The notes beneath the pieces are model-generated. The model was not told where the DNA came from, did not search any database, and was given only the letters and a program-made list of their open reading frames with translations. The position numbers and the translations under genes were made by a program. From Chiloscyllium plagiosum (lineage: Eukaryota), in assembly GCF_004010195.1 (NCBI RefSeq), contig NC_057718.1, positions 67,596,408 to 67,660,407 of the forward strand: DNA of 64,000 bases, in the 5' to 3' direction. Position 1 is the stretch's first letter. Each line of letters begins with the position of its first letter. Below, piece by piece: positions 23,721 to 35,454 of the stretch.

Positions 23721-23850
23721 GGAGGAGAAAGTGAGGTCTGCAGATGCTGGAGATCAGAGCTGGAAATGTGTTGCTGGAAAAGCGCAGCAGGTCAGGCAGC
23801 ATCCAGGGAACAGGAGAATCGACGTTTCGGGCATAAGCCCTTCTTCAGGA
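23721..23850 (-). mobile_element. 130-bp family-A hammerhead-headed non-coding element
   Basis: 12-bp TSD actgttataacc at 23709-23720 and 23851-23862. Minus strand begins UC-CUGAAGA-A-GGGC-uuau-GCCC-GAAA-CGUC. Confidence 0.9.
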
Positions 23851-24229
23851 ACTGTTATAACCAAAGACTTAGGATGCAGCAAGTATTTTTAGTTTGTGCT
23901 GTTTACACTTTTTTTGTGTTGTTGAGGATAGGGAGGGTTAGCCAAATTATTTTATTGAAACGAGTGGTGAAAGTAATGATTTTGTAGCTTATTCTATTAT
24001 TTTAGGGTTTTCAATGTGGTTCAGCTATAAATTGCCATGCTTCTAATTATTTGAACTCAATTATAAAATAGTCCCAACATGATATAGAGGCTTGCATTAT
24101 AACCGGAAACATTTGAATTTTTAAAATAGTGTTTGTGAAATGTTAGTTTAGCTGCACACAGTCACCATATTCACATTAGTCATTTTCAGGTTTTGAACAG
24201 TTTATCAACATCAACTATTTTTGCCTTGA

Positions 24230-24600
24230 ATGTCAGTTGTGACTCAGTTTGAGGAACTCTCAACTCTGAGTCAAAATGAGAGACTTGACAGTGTTGAGAG
24301 ACTGCTACATTGTTAGATATGTTGTTTTGCAGACATGTTAACCTGTGGTCTCATCTGTTAGACTTGGAAGATCCCACGACAGTATTTTGAGGAAGAAGAA
24401 GGGAGTTACTTTGGTATCCTAGCCAGTGCTTATCTCTCCATCAATCACTCTCAACCAGATTATCAGTGTCTAGTTGCTGCTTGTGGGAGCTTACTGTGTG
24501 AAAATGGGTTGTTGTGTTCCCCATTGGTGATTACACTTTGTACTTCATCTGTAAAGAGTTTTGGGATATTCTTTGTTGAGTAAAAGATTACAGAAATTGA
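24230..24600 (+). mobile_element. Deu-domain SINE (SacSINE1/AmnSINE1-like)
   Basis: aagatcccacgacagtattttga..cctagccagtgcttatc..cagattatc..ttgtgggagcttactgtgtg..aaagagttttggga, recognised from the DeuSINE consensus. Confidence 0.7.
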
Positions 24601-24750
24601 AGCTAACCTAAATGCAGAAAATGTTGTTTTCTTATAATGAGATAAAACATTATTATAGTTTATTTTGAAATTATTGCTCTTTAGATTTTATGATGTATTT
24701 GAAACCTGATATTATTTTCCAGTTATACTGCACAATGGGAGTGGAACTTT

Positions 24751-25069
24751 GGGGCAACACGGTGGCTCAGTGGTTAGCACTGCTGCCTCACAGCGCCAGA
24801 GACCTGGGTTCAATTCTCGCCTCAGGCAACTGTTTGTGTGGAGTTTGCATATTCTCCCCGTGTCTGCGTGGGTTTCCTCCAGGTGCTCCGGTTTCCTCCC
24901 GCAGTCCAAAATGTGCAGGTCAGGTGAATTGGCCATGGTAAATTGCCCGTAGTGTTAGGTGAAGGGGTAAATGTAGGGGAATGGGTCTGGGTGGGTTGCT
25001 CTTCGTAGGGTCAGTGTGGACTTGTTGGGCCGAAGGGCCTGTTTCCACACTGTAAGTAATCTAATCTAA
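24751..25069 (+). mobile_element. Full-length HE1-type V-SINE
   Basis: A box tggctcagtgg, B box ggttcaattc, V-domain, tail gggccgaagggcctgtttcc..(taatc)n. Confidence 0.92.
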
Positions 25070-27617
25070 ACTGAGCAAAATTTGATAAAATCTGACTTTC
25101 AGTACTTGATGTAATCTTTGGTCAAAACTTGTAAAATGCTTTTAATGTTGCATTCAGTGAAAATACACTTTGGATTCTGGTTTGTCAACTCCACGATGTA
25201 TCGGATGTGGAATTCGATTGTTGTATGATGTGACTCTATGGGAATCTCTGCTTGCGGTCTAAATTTGTTTATTTCAAAAAGAAACAGCCTATAACTGGTT
25301 GAATTGCAAGATCTACTTGTGTGATCGGAATAAAATTGGCACTCTTAATTTGGCTTCCAGAAAGCACTTAAGTTGATTGAGATGTACGGACTGAGACTGA
25401 GTTGGTAACATTCTCATGTTCAACCTTGCTGGCAAATGATGGTATGGCTTGTATTTTGTTCAGCAAAACATAATTGCTGAACTGACTCTTGTACTACTTC
25501 AAGAATTTAGTATTTTGCTAAAATTGAATTATTTATGACGTGTTCTTTGTGGAATTTAAATCTGATAATATCTAAGATCCGTTTCTGAAAAGGAATAAAC
25601 TTATGTTTTCTTGCGTTACCATACTTTTTTAATGTTAGAAATAATGATAAATTTTTGTTTGTAATAGGTAGTTTGAGGTGCCAGTGTGTTATTACGTGGC
25701 AGAATTTCAATTTCTGAAATGGCAAAAGTCATGCAAGATATGGTCAAAATCTAAAGTTGTTAAGTGTGTAATCTGGGAAAAAAAGTTTTTTTTATTGTCG
25801 GCAAGAAACACAAATTAGGCTAACAGAAGTGAGCTTGAGTGGGTGATCATGTTAAATAAACATGCCCAAAATTTGCTTTCTACCAATAATCATTTATTCA
25901 GGTGTTTCCCTGGATTTAAGACAATTAAACACTTGGTAACATATATGTGCTTGTATTTTTTTAATCAAAGAATTATTATCGAATAGCCTCCAGAACTTGC
26001 TGTCCATAGACTTTCATATCCCACATATAATGAAATAATGCATAGTGGAAAAAGCGAATTATAAACGATTGTATTTTATAACTGTCACTAATCTGTTCAT
26101 GTAAATGATAAAGGAGAAGGCACAGCTAAGTACCAGGTGAAACCTGCTTTGTGAGCCTATCCTGGATTGAATCACATGGTCAGCTGTGTTGCTATTTTTG
26201 CTGCCAGAAGCTATCTATTGCTATTCAACAATCTCTCTTTTTTTATTGGGCACTAATCCAATATGTTTAAGACCACCCCCTATGTGAGCTGTTCCAAATT
26301 TAACCTCTGACTAAAGTGCCATGACCTTCACATATGTAGATTAGCCATGTGCTCTTTGAATAGAAACTTGCCCCAGGAAGAAAAGGCTTTTTACTTGTGA
26401 GAATTGACAGGCATTCATCTCTGACCTGAGGAGAAAGTGAGGAAAGGGAGATTAGGACTGACTGGAAAATATGGAAAATGGAATTGTGAGCAAAGATTCG
26501 CTGCTTCTGTTGTAATTTAACCCTGATTTTTCCTTAGTCCTTCAAAGCAAAAACAAAATTCATTTCTTTATAGCTTTAGTTTGGTTTTATATTTATTTAC
26601 TGTGTGAATGGATTTAAGGATTTTTTTCCCCTCAAGAAATAAGTTTATCCTATCTCCTGAAAATGTTAATTTCTTCCCTGCCCATGGTTGCGTGAACATT
26701 GTCTGGTACCTGTTCGATTTGACGGGCATTGAGAGATTTTTCAACCACTGGGGCAGGACATAGCCAAGCAAGATACTCCTCTCATCCTGTTTCCACTTGC
26801 AGATACTTTTCCGAGGGGGCTATTAGTGAATGATTGGGTGTTTCAGCTGATTTGGTTTAGGCGGAGAGGTGGTAAGGGAAACAAAAATGTTTCCTTTTTA
26901 ATATTGGAAATAATAGCTCAAAGTCTAGTTTGTTGGAGAACTGCTTTACAGAATACTTAACTCAGGGAATCTGAGTGAGATGTTTTTAAGGTTTTATATC
27001 ATTCTAAAGTTTGGTCAAGTTTTGCATTTCGTATTTAACTTTAATGCGTTTCTTTTGGTCTCAGTCAGCAAGACCATAAAACAAAATAGTAAAATACTTT
27101 ACAGGCACATCAATAAAAAAAAGGAATGCTGTGATGAGAATATGGTCATTGAGGGATAGAAAGGATGTTGCCAGAGGTAATGATGAAGACTGATCAGAAT
27201 ATCAAATAATTTTGCCTTGGTATTTATCAGGGAGAGAGAACAGGTAGACAAGACATTGATGTGATGAGTAAGAGAAAAATGCTTTTAAATAAAAGATGTT
27301 TTGAATAATCTAAACTAACTCAAAGTGGATAAAGACCCTGGTCTTGGAATTTAATCATGTATTTTGAAAGAATCTAGGGACAGCATGAATGCTCACATTA
27401 AATTTGTTTGGAAAGGGTTTAATGTAACTCCTGTATTTAGGAAGGGGGAATGAATGCGTTCAAAAATTATAGACCAATCAATTTGATATCAGTGATAGGA
27501 AAAATAATGAAATCCTTCTTATAGCAACAAACAGAAGAACATCTAGAAACGAGAGCGTGGGAGAAAAGGGTAGTTATTCAGAGTGGCAGAACTGGGGAAA
27601 TGATGTTCCACGAGAAT

Positions 27618-28515
27618 GAAGTCAGAGGTCACAGGCTTATTTGAAATCTGAAACTTCACTTGACAAAGAAGCAGCACTCTGAAAGCTTGTCATAGAGATG
27701 TACAGCACGGAAACAGACCCTTCAGTCCAACTCCTCCATGCCGACTAGATATCCCAACCCAATCGAGTCCCACCTGCCAGCACCTGGCCCATATCCCTCC
27801 GAACCCTTCCTATTCATATACTCATCCAGATGCCTTTTTAAATATTGCAATTGTACTAGCCTCCACCACTTCCTCTGGCAGCTCATTCCAAACTCGTACC
27901 ACCCTCTGCATGAAAAGGTTGCGCCTTAGGTCCCTTTTATCTTTCCCCTCTCACCTTAAACCTATGCCCTCTAGTTCTGAACTCCCCCACCCCAGGCAAA
28001 AGACTTTGTCTATTTAACCCATCCATGCTCCTCATGATTTTATAAACCTCAGCCTCCAACACTCCAGGGAAAACAGTCCCAGCCGATTCAACCTCTCCCT
28101 ATAGCTCAAATCCTCCAACCTTGGGAATATCCTTGTAAATCTTTTCTGAAATCTTTCAAGTTTCACAACATCTTTCCAATAGGAAGGAGACCAGAATAGC
28201 ACTCAATATTCCAACAGTGGCCTGACCAATGTCCTGTACAGCCGCAACATGACCTCCCAACACCTGTACTCAATACTCTGACCAATAAAGGAAAGCATAC
28301 CAAACGCTGCCTTCACGATCCTATTTACCTGTGACTCCACTTTGAAGGAGCTATGAACCTGCACTCCAAGGTCTCTTTGTTCAGCAGCACTCCCTAGGAC
28401 CTTACCATTAAGTGTATAAGTGATTTCAAATAAATCTGTTGGACTATAACCTGGTGTCACGTGACCTCTGGCTTTGTCCACTCCAGTCCACCACTGGCAC
28501 CTCCACATCATGTCT
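27618..28515. mobile_element. Family-C PLE-derived short element split by a CR1 insertion
   Basis: gaaagcttgt (to ~27690) rejoins gatttcaaataaa (from ~28422), as in the unsplit copy at 54890-54915. Confidence 0.75.
27689..28420 (-). mobile_element. CR1/HER1 LINE 3' fragment
   Basis: YTLNGKVLGS.AEQRDLGVQVH..LYRTLVRPLLEY; ctctatgac tail. Confidence 0.92.
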
Positions 28516-28799
28516 ACCACAAGATTGAGTGTGGAGGACTTTATTGTTCACAATGAGCATTAATGACATGCACATAAAATCAAAAATGTAATTTTTAAAT
28601 TTGTGGATGCTGCCAAATTGGAAGGAGATAGTCAGTCAATACTGAAGGGGATGGCAAACATTTACTGGAGAATATTAATAAATTTGTCAAATGGACAAGT
28701 CATTGTTGGGCTGAAGGGCCTGTTTCCACATGTAGGGAATTTGATATAAATCTTATCTCTTAATCTAATCTAAAAAGAAATCCATTGGGAAATTCAGAA

Positions 28800-29415
28800 G
28801 AAACTCGTACATCCCAAGTGGTTGGAATACTGTGTCCTGTTCTGGTTGCCCACTTATAGGAAGGATAATATCGAACTGGAGAAATTTACCAAGATGTTGC
28901 TGGGTATGGAAGGTTTGAGTTATAAAGAAAGGCTGGGACTTTTTTCATTGGAGTGTAGGAGGTTGAGAGACAATCTGATAGAAGTTTATAAAATAAAAGG
29001 GTGGCACGGTGGCTTGGTTAGCACTGCTGCCTCTCAGCGCTAGGGACTGGGTTCAATTCTACCCTCGGGCGACTGTCTGTGTGGCTTTCCGGATTTCCGC
29101 CTGGTGCTCCAGTTTCTTCCCACAGTCCAAAAATATGCAAATTAGGTGGATTGATAATGCTAAATTGTCCATTGTGTTCAGAGGTATGTAAATTAGGTGT
29201 GTTAGCCTTGGGAAAGTGTAGGGGGATGGTTCTGGGTGGGATGCTCTTCAGAGGGTTGGTGTGGATTTCTTGGGTTGAATGGCTTGTTTGCACACTGCAT
29301 GGATTCCAATCTATAATGAGATATATAAATAGAGTTAATAGTAGCTGTCTTTTCCCTCGGATGGGGGATTTCAAGACTAGGGGGACTTTTTTTAAGGTGA
29401 GAGGAGAGTTTTTTT
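28800..29415 (+). mobile_element. CR1 fragment with a nested HE1 SINE (~28998-29313)
   Basis: EYCVLFW.P.YRKD..EVYKI is interrupted at tataaaat and resumes at ataatgag. Confidence 0.85.
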
Positions 29416-30116
29416 GAACCTATAAGGAGGAAAGTTCACGAGAAACATAAATGCTGGAATGTTCTGGTTGAGATACACAGCCTATTTCTGTTCTCTGTAT
29501 CTTATGTAATTACCTGGCACAGACAAGGGATTAAATATAGAACATTCTTGCCACCTGGTTTGTAAAAGGGTGGGTGAGAAAATGAGGCAGGTCCACCAAA
29601 CACCTCAGTTGAAAGCTGAAAACCAACTGGATGTAGTGTTGTCATAGGAGCTTCTCTTGTGGACATAGGAAACAAGTGCCTCTATCCCTTTTTTTAACAG
29701 TACAGTCCTTTTTAACTTGTACAGTCTAGTTGTACAATCTCCATTTCATAACCTGGCGATGCTCCTGTAGAAATAGATCTTTTATCAATGTTCTTTCTAA
29801 ATTAATATTTTAAAACCATTACCAAAGTCCCTTTGACTATAATTTTGAGGTTGAGATCATTTTTGGGACTTTATTGACTTCAAGATATAACATCTCGCTC
29901 ACAGGATGTGTTGTGGAAAAGACAGCCAGTCAAAGTAGGCCTTGCCTCTGAAAATTTCAACAATAATTTTACTACAGTTAACACTTCTGAAAACCAAGAT
30001 GATTTGATTTCTGTGATTAAATGTCCCATGTATTGTGTTAAAGAGTAAAAATGTCCCATGTTTGATCCTGTTTGTGTGTTTAGAATTGTTGAAAGTGATT
30101 ATGCTATAACAGATTA

Positions 30117-30276
30117 CAGTGTAACCTTGATTATCTGAAAAACATAGGCAGGGAATATTTTGTTTGGATAATCAAATGTTTGGATAATACAGTTTATCCA
30201 AGATTGGGATCTTGAGGTTTTGTGTGGATAATCCAAAATTCGGATAATCAATGTTTGAATAACCGTGGTTGTTCTG
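30117..30276. mobile_element. Tigger/pogo-like MITE
   Basis: TA|CAGTGTAACC...GGTTGTTCTG|TA: imperfect terminal inverted repeats, TA TSD, internal ggataat repeats. Confidence 0.75.
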
Positions 30277-30723
30277 TAATGTGTTGAAGGAAGATCAGTT
30301 TGATTCCAGCTCTTAATCATTCTCCTATTGTTATTGCCGGAATATAGTGTTTGTGTGGATATCAGTTGAGGATAGGATCAGTCTGAATGCAATGTCCACC
30401 TGTGGTCAAATAATTTATAAGTACTCCAACTACACTTGTACATGACCAGTTGGGCAGCTGAGCAAGTGCCAGAACCACCAAAAGTGGTTTGAAAATAGGA
30501 AAAAATGAGAAAGTAGGTTTTATGTAAGTGTTTCAATAAGAACAGTAGTTGGATGTTCTCCGAATATCTCAGTTAGGTCATGAAGTCAGGGCACCATAGA
30601 TAGTTCCCTGTTCAATCCGCCATCTTGTACTGAATGTAACAGTGATTGTATTATTGGCATGTGCAACCCAGGATTTAGGAGGAAATGGTTGTTGGTTTGC
30701 TCGCTGAACTGGTGGGTCGCCAT

Positions 30724-30763
30724 GCAGATGTTTCATCACCATGCCAGGTGACATCATCAGTGT
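30724..30763 (-). ncRNA. Hammerhead motif in a family-B PLE terminal fragment (~30690-30800)
   Basis: ACA-CUGAUGA-U-GUCACC-uggcau-GGUGAU-GAAA-CA-UC-UGC. Confidence 0.65.
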
Positions 30764-31394
30764 GACTTCTCTGAAGTCTACTTCACTTGTTATTTACCTG
30801 TAACATTTTAGGTGGAAAATCAACCATACTTCATGATCTTGATCATTATCCGTCATCCCAGACCAGATTTAGTTTGGCCACAATTGTCGTCATCATCATG
30901 CTTAACGTATTGACCTCTTGGATAAATTATTGTAGGGTACATAACATCCACAGAGCTGCACCCGAGAAAACATTTGTTGCTGTCAGGAGAGAAAACGAAA
31001 TGACAAAACTCCTAATTAGTCAATGAATTAGACTGTTGATTGAGAGCTTTAAAATTTGAGATTCAGCTTCCTATTGATTATTGTACTCAGCAAGCTTCAT
31101 TTAACATTTAATTGTACACTCAGGCTTGCTCATTAAAAATAGACCAGTCCATGCTGAAACCAAGTATATAATAGAAGATGCACTAACTACCAATTGCTTT
31201 CAGAAAATGTTTGACTCAATAATTGTACATTTAAGTACTTGTTCTTTTTCAGCAGTGAAGGCAAAATAAACTAGTGTGCTGAGGAAAGGGATAAAGTAAT
31301 CAAATTCTGGACTAATGGTAGGGAGAAGAATGCTTCAACTTCAGGCATTGGTTCTAAGGATTAAGTTGTTTTGGGTCAGATTTTTTAGTTGTTC

Positions 31395-31660
31395 AACAGT
31401 TGTGGATATTGGTGGCTAGCACAATGTTTATTGCCCAGGGTTAACCATAATTCTGAGTGTCTGGAATCACATAGATTTCCGTCTCTGAAATAGATGGTTC
31501 ATTTTTTTTGGAAAAGCGGCAGTGTTTATTTGATTGCCATTAGACTAGGTTTTTATTTTCTTTTTATTTAATTCACATTTTACCATCAGCCATCCTGGAT
31601 GTGAACCCATGTATCTAGAGCATTAACCTGAGGTTCTGAATTACTGTTCCAGTGACATTG
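31395..31660 (-). mobile_element. tRNA-derived SINE, related to the fragment at 54178-54335
   Basis: Minus strand: aatgtcactggaacagtaattcag..catgggttcacatcc head and gggcaataaa tail. Confidence 0.55.
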
Positions 31661-33317
31661 GGAGTGGCGTAAAACAATGGTCCCCACCAAGCTGTGTGGT
31701 TACACATGTGCAGCTGCTTCGGTGTCCTGCAATCACCGTTGACGCACCATTTGTGGCATTCGCTGCACATGAACCTCAGAAGTCAGCAAAGCTGTTAAGA
31801 AAACTAGTGGGAACGCTGGCCACTGTCTCTCTGATGTTGTGAGATGTGGAGTCAAGTTTTCTCTCCACTTTGCTTCACTTAAAATCCTGAGCGCTAGTTT
31901 CAGAAGAACGTATATTGCATTACAAAATGATGAGAAAAAGAGGAGCTATTGTGTCCTGAAAAATAGACAGCCCATTGTGTCTGTGCAAGATTGGTGATTG
32001 GAATTATCCAGTTAGTCGCACTTCCTAACTTTTCTTTTGTGTAGTCATGTAAATTTTATTCTTCAGTATTTTATGCAATTCCCTTTTTGAAAGTTTAATC
32101 TGCTTCCATTACTCTTTTCAAGCAGTGCATTCCAGATCATCATAATTCCATGATTTTATTTTTAAAGAAGAGGTTTACTCATTTTACTTTTAAGTTTATG
32201 ACCTCTTCTATTACTGGAAATAATTTATTTGCTCTTTCAAAACTGGTCATGATTTTGAATGCTTCTTCCAATTCTACTATTACCTTCTTTGCTGAAGGCC
32301 GGATTCTCCAAATAACTAAGCCTTTTATCCCTGATACCATTCTTATAAATCACCATAACCTGTAACAACTTGACATGCTTTTTGAAGTCGGCTATCTAGA
32401 AATGAACACAATACTTCAGCCAATGCCTAACTAATGTTTTGCATAGATTTAGCATAATCTTTTGATTTTAAAAAAATATTCTATTCCTTTACTAAAGCTA
32501 TTCCTTTACTCTTTTTCTAACAACCTTCTCAGCTTACCCTGCCACCTTTTAAAGATTTATGTTTGCACCCCCAGAATTCACACATTCTGCATTCCCTTTT
32601 AAAAAAAAACCCACTGAGTTCATAGTATCCTTCTTTACTTGTCTTGTGTGCCTTCCCTATAAGTTTTAATTTCATTTGCTAATGTGAATTATACTACTTT
32701 CCATACATAATTTTGTGCTATGGCCATTCAGAACAAAATTGCCAGTTTTGTAGTTTGTGTTTTGGGGTTCAAAGACCACTAACAGTAGGCTGAGAATATT
32801 AAGATATTTGGAGCCAGTGTATGGGAGAATTGTTTGTATGTTTGCACTGGATTTATACTTAAATTCTAGAGGTGAAAGAGTAACTTGCTAACCCATGGCC
32901 ATACTCACTCATTTATGCATCTGTACTTGTTTGGGAATGGGGGATAATTATAGAGGTGTACAAGTTTATGACAGTCTAGACCAAGGTACGTAGAAGGAAG
33001 CTGTTCTCATGAGCTACCTATGAAGGTACTGAGGCAAAGGCAATAAATTTCAAAAGAAAATTGGATTGGCACTTTATGAAAATGAACTTGAAGGAATATG
33101 GAGTGGAAGAATTGGACTGACTAGATTGTTCCACAGAAAACTGGCATAGACCTGATGGGCTGGATGACAATTTATGCTTATAATTTGATGTTGAAAATTC
33201 CAGTGTGTACATATTTTTAGATGCTAATGTCCTCTGGAATGGTTTCTTAAATGTTATAACTCTGATATTTGCCAGTGACTGGTTTTTACAAGCTTAGTTA
33301 AAGCACATATGACTACG

Positions 33318-33533
33318 TTTAGATTTAGATTAGACTTCCTACAGTGTGGAAACAGGCCCTTCGGCCCAATCAGTTCACACTGACCTTCTGAAGAGTATCT
33401 CACCCAGATCCATTTCCCTCTGTCTAATGCACTTAGTACTATGGGCAATTTAGCATGGCCAATTCACCTGACCTGCACATCTTTGGATTGTGGGAGGAAA
33501 GCCATGCAGACACGAGGAAAATGTGCAAACTCC
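33318..33533 (-). mobile_element. HE1-type SINE, 3' part
   Basis: gtgtggaaacaggcccttcggccc..ggcaatttagcatggcc. Confidence 0.85.
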
Positions 33534-35454
33534 AATTGTACATGATAAATTATCTTTGCTTCCCTCCACAATCTCCATTCCTTACCTACTAACACCAACC
33601 CTTTTCACTGTCTTGATTTGAATCAGACGATTTGCATCATCGATATCAGATTTGCTTTTGAACTACCGACTACATATTTGTGTTATTAAGAAGACCTCTT
33701 GTTTCTGCCAGCTGACTCTGTCCCTACATCAGCTCACGTGCTGAAAACCCTGAATTTATAACTTTTATTACATCTAGACTTGACTATTCCAATACATTTC
33801 TGGCTGACCTCCTGAATTTGACTAGTATAAAATTGAGGTCATTCAAAACCCAGCTGCTCATGTTTCTTTCAATCACTTCCCATTCACTTATCACCACTCT
33901 AGTCATTAATTGTATTGGCTCCTGATGAAGCAGTGCCTTAACTTCATATTTCCTCCATATTTATACAAAATCCTTCTCTTGATGTCCTTACCCAGTGCCC
34001 GGTTCTATCACCTCGGCTCCATGAACTTCCAAGATATCTTCATCCACTAATTGTGGTCTCTTGCGTGGACTAATTTACTTGCTGCACTATAGGCAGCTCT
34101 GCATTCACTACCTTTTGCCTTAAGCTGTGGAATTTCCCCTTTGCCAAAAACCATATGTCTATCTCCAACTTTCTTTTTCAGACACTCATTTAAACTTGAA
34201 CATTTGAATTAGTTTTTGGTCTTCTGCCCATACTGAGCCCTTATGTGGCTCAGTATGTAACTTTGCTTATTAATATGGAAGTGCCTTATGATGCCCTTTT
34301 ACATAAAGATATGCAAGTTAAAGATATTTGGGATACATGTAAGCTCTGATGCCAGTTATTCAAAAGCTAATACCATTTTAACACTTAAAAATTAAAATGT
34401 TTCAAAAACCAAACAGCAATAAAGCATTCATTACATAATTGAAGTTTGTATTATAGATCCACATACAATAGAATATAAATATGAAAGTGTTTTTAAAGCA
34501 CACTGCAACAATGTTATTTTATAGGCTTGCTTGCCCGTTACTTTGGACATTTTCAGGTTGTGCATCTTAGCCAGAAATTATTGAATGCTCAAATTGAAGG
34601 TCTTGCATTGGATGATGTTGGGACCTGAGTTGTTTTGCAGCTTTCAGTTTCCAGTGAATTTTTACGGTGGGAAGAAGTCCACGGTCCAGAGAAGGAAACA
34701 GGTGTGACTGGGGGGAAAAGGCAAGGCTGGCTGCCCCTTGTGTTTCATGCCAATGTGGAACATAATCTTGGATGAAGGGGAGCTTTGCACAGACCTCACA
34801 TCTGTTCAGTTCAGTCCAGTCCAGTCTTTTTGATGCAAAGTCGCATGTTGCATCCAGCTTCAGGGATTTTTCTTTCTTGAAAGTATACTTTTACCTTGAA
34901 CTCTTGAAAATTCCATGACAAGTTGAATACCTACATGAATGGCTCATATTTATTTGTTACAGGAATTTTCTTAGATTGCAGACATAAGAAACTTCAGCTT
35001 TTTATCTTGTGACTGTATTCACTGTTTGTGACCTCAATTGGAGTTTGGAAACAGCTGCCAAATTTTGTTTTTAGATGGAGCACTAAGTAATGATTTAAAA
35101 TGAAACACTTCCTAATTTTTCTTTCTTTTTTTTTCTGATCCCACAAATGTAACCTGATTTAGGACCACCTAATATAGATTGTTGTTAGTTCAGTACAGGT
35201 TGTGTGCTTTTTGTGAACTTGTTTTGTATTATTTGCATAGAGAGTAGGAGCAGGTCATTTGGCCCTTTTTGAGCTTGTTCTAACAATATGTTCACAACTG
35301 ATCCTGTATCGCAATGCAATATTCCAGCATTTTCCCTCATACCTGTTGACGCCTTTTGATATCTATAAGTTTAATTATCTCTTCCTTGAGCACACTCAGT
35401 GACTTGACCTACATGGCCTTCTGTGTTGGAGAATTCCATTGGTTCACTACCAAA

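Noticed and set aside
24751..24830. tRNA-like sequence
   Set aside because: It is the head of an HE1 SINE and continues into the V-domain; not a tRNA gene.
31675..31819. Possible hAT-like MITE (caatggtccccaccaag...ctagtgggaacgctg)
   Set aside because: Terminal repeats are imperfect and there is no 8-bp TSD; too weak to call.
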